This document shows positions 62,116-64,000 of a DNA stretch of 64,000 bases, one piece after another. Source of the DNA: Aggregatilineales bacterium (GTDB lineage: Bacteria > Chloroflexota > Anaerolineae > Aggregatilineales > Ch27); NCBI GenBank assembly GCA_029976025.1, contig JARKNX010000025.1:184-64183 (forward strand), in the 5' to 3' direction. Each line of letters starts with the position of its first letter. Position 1 is the stretch's first letter. A model generated the notes under the pieces. That model was given only the letters and a program-made list of their open reading frames with translations. It ran no database searches and was not told where the DNA came from. The position numbers were made by a program, and so were the translations under genes.

Positions 62116-64000
62116 ATGCCGGCGGTGCGAATTGAGCAAAAACGAGTCTGGATCGATCAGACGCCTTATCCCCTGTTGAGCGGCGAAGTGCACTTCTGGC
62201 GGCTGCACCCGGCCTCCTGGCAGGCGGTGCTGCGCCAGGTCCGGGCTATGGGGCTGGATATCGTCGCCAGCTATGTGTGCTGGGAGTACCACGAGATCGC
62301 CCCCGGCCGCTTCGACTTCACCGGGGAGACCGATTCGCGGCGCGACCTGATCGGCTTTATTCGCCTGGTCGCCGAGGAAGGCCTCAAGCTGATCATCCGG
62401 CCCGGCCCCTATATCTACAGCGAGTGGGCTAACGGCGGCATCCCGGCCCGCTGCGTGCCCTACCACCGGCTGCACCCGGAATTCAAGCGCGAAGCTGCGC
62501 TCTACATGGCTGCTGTGACCGGGGCGCTCCTGCCCCACCTGGCCACCCGCGGCGGCCCGATCCTCTTGCTTCAGGCGGAGAATGAGCCGCACCCCTGGCC
62601 GCATATTTACGAAGGCCAGCTTGGCCTGGGGGAGGAGCCGGGGCCGTTCCAGACCTTCCTGGCGGAGCGCTACGGATCGATCGAGGCGCTGAATGACGCC
62701 TGGGAGGTGGAGCTGGCCGGGTTTGAGTCCGCCCGCGCCGTCACCCGGCCGGGCATCCCGGAACGGGCGTATCTCAACCGCTATCTGGATTACATCCGAT
62801 TTCAGCACGCCTATACAGCAGAAGCCGTCCGGTGGACGGCTGACCAGTATCGTGAGCTGGGGGTGGATATCCCCATCCTGGCCAATGTATATGTGGGAGA
62901 AGGCATCCAGAACTGGCGAGAGCTGGAAGAAGCCTGCGATCTGGTCGGGCCGGACCTCTACCCGACCGCCGGTTTCCGCGCCGGGCCGGAGGAGCACTTC
63001 CGGCACTTCCTGCTGCCGTTACGTTACGCCCGCGCCTGTTCCGCCCTGCCCTGGATTCCGGAATTTCAGGCCGGCATCTGGCACGGCGGCCACTACGATA
63101 CCGGCCCCCTCCCGGCCAACCATGTCCTGATGACCTGTTGTTCGGCCCTGCTGGCCGGGGTCGCCGGCTGGAACTGGTACATGCTGGTCAACCGCGACAA
63201 CTGGCAGATGAGTCCGATCAACGAATGGGGGCAGCCGCAGCAGGACCTGGCGACGGCCTTCCGCCAGTGCGTCCGCCTGTTCCACGAAGCCAGCCCGCCC
63301 GATCTGGAAAAGCTGACGGCAACGGCGGTCACGGTGGACCCGCTGCACCAGACGGCCCGCCTGCCGGACCAGAGCGTCGCCCTGCTGCGGGCGCTGTACG
63401 AGGCGGATATTGACTACGAGAGCTTCGATCTGGCAACCGGGCGGATAGCGTGTCCGCTGCTTTTCTACGGCGGGGGGGCGTGGCTGGGCCGCGCGGGGCA
63501 GGAACGCCTGAAAGCCTATGTGGAAGGCGGCGGGACGCTGATCTGCTTTCAGGAGACGCCCCACTTCGACGACGCCTTCGCGCCGCTGAACCTGCTCGAC
63601 ATCCCGCGGCCTGCGCGTATCCTGGGCGCCTCGTCTCCCCAGCAGGTGGCGATACACCTCGGTCCGGAAACTGTGCTGACCAGCCCGGGTGCCTTCTTTG
63701 TTTACGATAGCGCGCCATCTGGCGCGCCCGGGGAGCCGATCCGCGCCGAACGCGCGCCGGACGCCGCCGCCGAAGACAGCACTCTGCGCGGCCATATCGC
63801 CCTCCCGGTCGGGGCGACCTACACCATTGGCTATCGTCTGCCGCGCGGGGAAGGGCAGATTGTCTGCCTGGGGGTTCCGCCAACCCCGGCCCTGGTGTCG
63901 GCGCTGCATCGCTGGCTGGGCTTCCCTATCTTTTCACAGGCTGCTGCCCCCGGCGTGAGCACGGCGCTCTTCCGGCAGAGCGACGCCCGCGCCTGGCTGG
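62116..64000 (+). CDS. GH35-like beta-galactosidase (C-terminus beyond the right window edge)
   Basis: Not in the ORF track because there is no stop in the window. Manual translation gives MPAVRIEQKRVWIDQTPYPLLSGEVHFWRLHP...VCWEYHE...LIIRPGPYIYSEWANGGIP...LLQAENEP...PWIPEFQAGIWHGG...WNWYMLVNRDNW. Confidence 0.85.
   Translation, partial: MPAVRIEQKRVWIDQTPYPLLSGEVHFWRLHPASWQAVLRQVRAMGLDIVASYVCWEYHEIAPGRFDFTGETDSRRDLIGFIRLVAEEGLKLIIRPGPYIYSEWANGGIPARCVPYHRLHPEFKREAALYMAAVTGALLPHLATRGGPILLLQAENEPHPWPHIYEGQLGLGEEPGPFQTFLAERYGSIEALNDAWEVELAGFESARAVTRPGIPERAYLNRYLDYIRFQHAYTAEAVRWTADQYRELGVDIPILANVYVGEGIQNWRELEEACDLVGPDLYPTAGFRAGPEEHFRHFLLPLRYARACSALPWIPEFQAGIWHGGHYDTGPLPANHVLMTCCSALLAGVAGWNWYMLVNRDNWQMSPINEWGQPQQDLATAFRQCVRLFHEASPPDLEKLTATAVTVDPLHQTARLPDQSVALLRALYEADIDYESFDLATGRIACPLLFYGGGAWLGRAGQERLKAYVEGGGTLICFQETPHFDDAFAPLNLLDIPRPARILGASSPQQVAIHLGPETVLTSPGAFFVYDSAPSGAPGEPIRAERAPDAAAEDSTLRGHIALPVGATYTIGYRLPRGEGQIVCLGVPPTPALVSALHRWLGFPIFSQAAAPGVSTALFRQSDARAWL

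Noticed and set aside
60247-63006. 919-aa minus-strand ORF, the longest ORF in the track
   Set aside because: It lies antisense to the GH2 and GH35 genes, which carry clear family motifs. Its translation is Arg/Pro/Gly/Ala-rich with no recognisable domain. This is a typical shadow ORF of GC-rich DNA.
1-64000. Search for CRISPR arrays, tRNA/rRNA genes, transposases, integrases, phage or toxin-antitoxin/defence genes
   Set aside because: Reading the window revealed no regularly spaced direct repeats, no tRNA-like T-arm (GGTTCGAATCC-type) sequences, and no DDE, tyrosine-recombinase or defence-associated motifs in any credible ORF. The window looks like core saccharolytic chromosome rather than a mobile or defence island.

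Overview
GC-rich (about 60-65% by eye, not computed) bacterial chromosomal segment. About 46 genes are packed tightly, and nearly all concern carbohydrate uptake and breakdown. I saw no rRNA, tRNA, CRISPR array, transposase or integrase. The taxon cannot be assigned from sequence alone. A saccharolytic high-GC organism such as Chloroflexota or Actinomycetota is only a guess. Content from left to right: (1) an arabinan locus with a LacI regulator, a CUT1 ABC importer, GH51, GH43+CBM42 and a GH43 endo-arabinanase; (2) a two-domain retropepsin-like protein and a DcyD/ACC-deaminase homolog; (3) a ThuB/ThuA-like pair plus a large six-hairpin GH-like protein; (4) two minus-strand ABC importers, one CUT1 type and one Dpp/Opp type; (5) a nine-kb operon of CUT1 importer, GH4, PfkB kinase, glycyl-radical-enzyme activase and glycyl radical enzyme; (6) a secreted triple-META protein, two phosphatases and a multihaem cytochrome; (7) two URO-D-family genes, a DNPH1-like gene and a ferritin-like diiron gene, followed by GH38, a CUT1 importer and an AraR-type regulator; (8) an unknown TIM-barrel-like protein, a CUT1 importer whose MalG-type permease carries a roughly 370-aa extracytoplasmic insert, a membrane-fused spermidine-synthase-like protein, GH2 and GH35. 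The most interesting items are the glycyl radical enzyme wired into a glycoside-uptake operon, which is a candidate new radical sugar or aglycone pathway, and a recurring promoter-proximal motif TGTCTATACA that looks like the operator of the AraR-type regulator. None of the six ABC importers has an ATPase gene in the window. Many long antisense ORFs in the track are GC-driven shadow ORFs.
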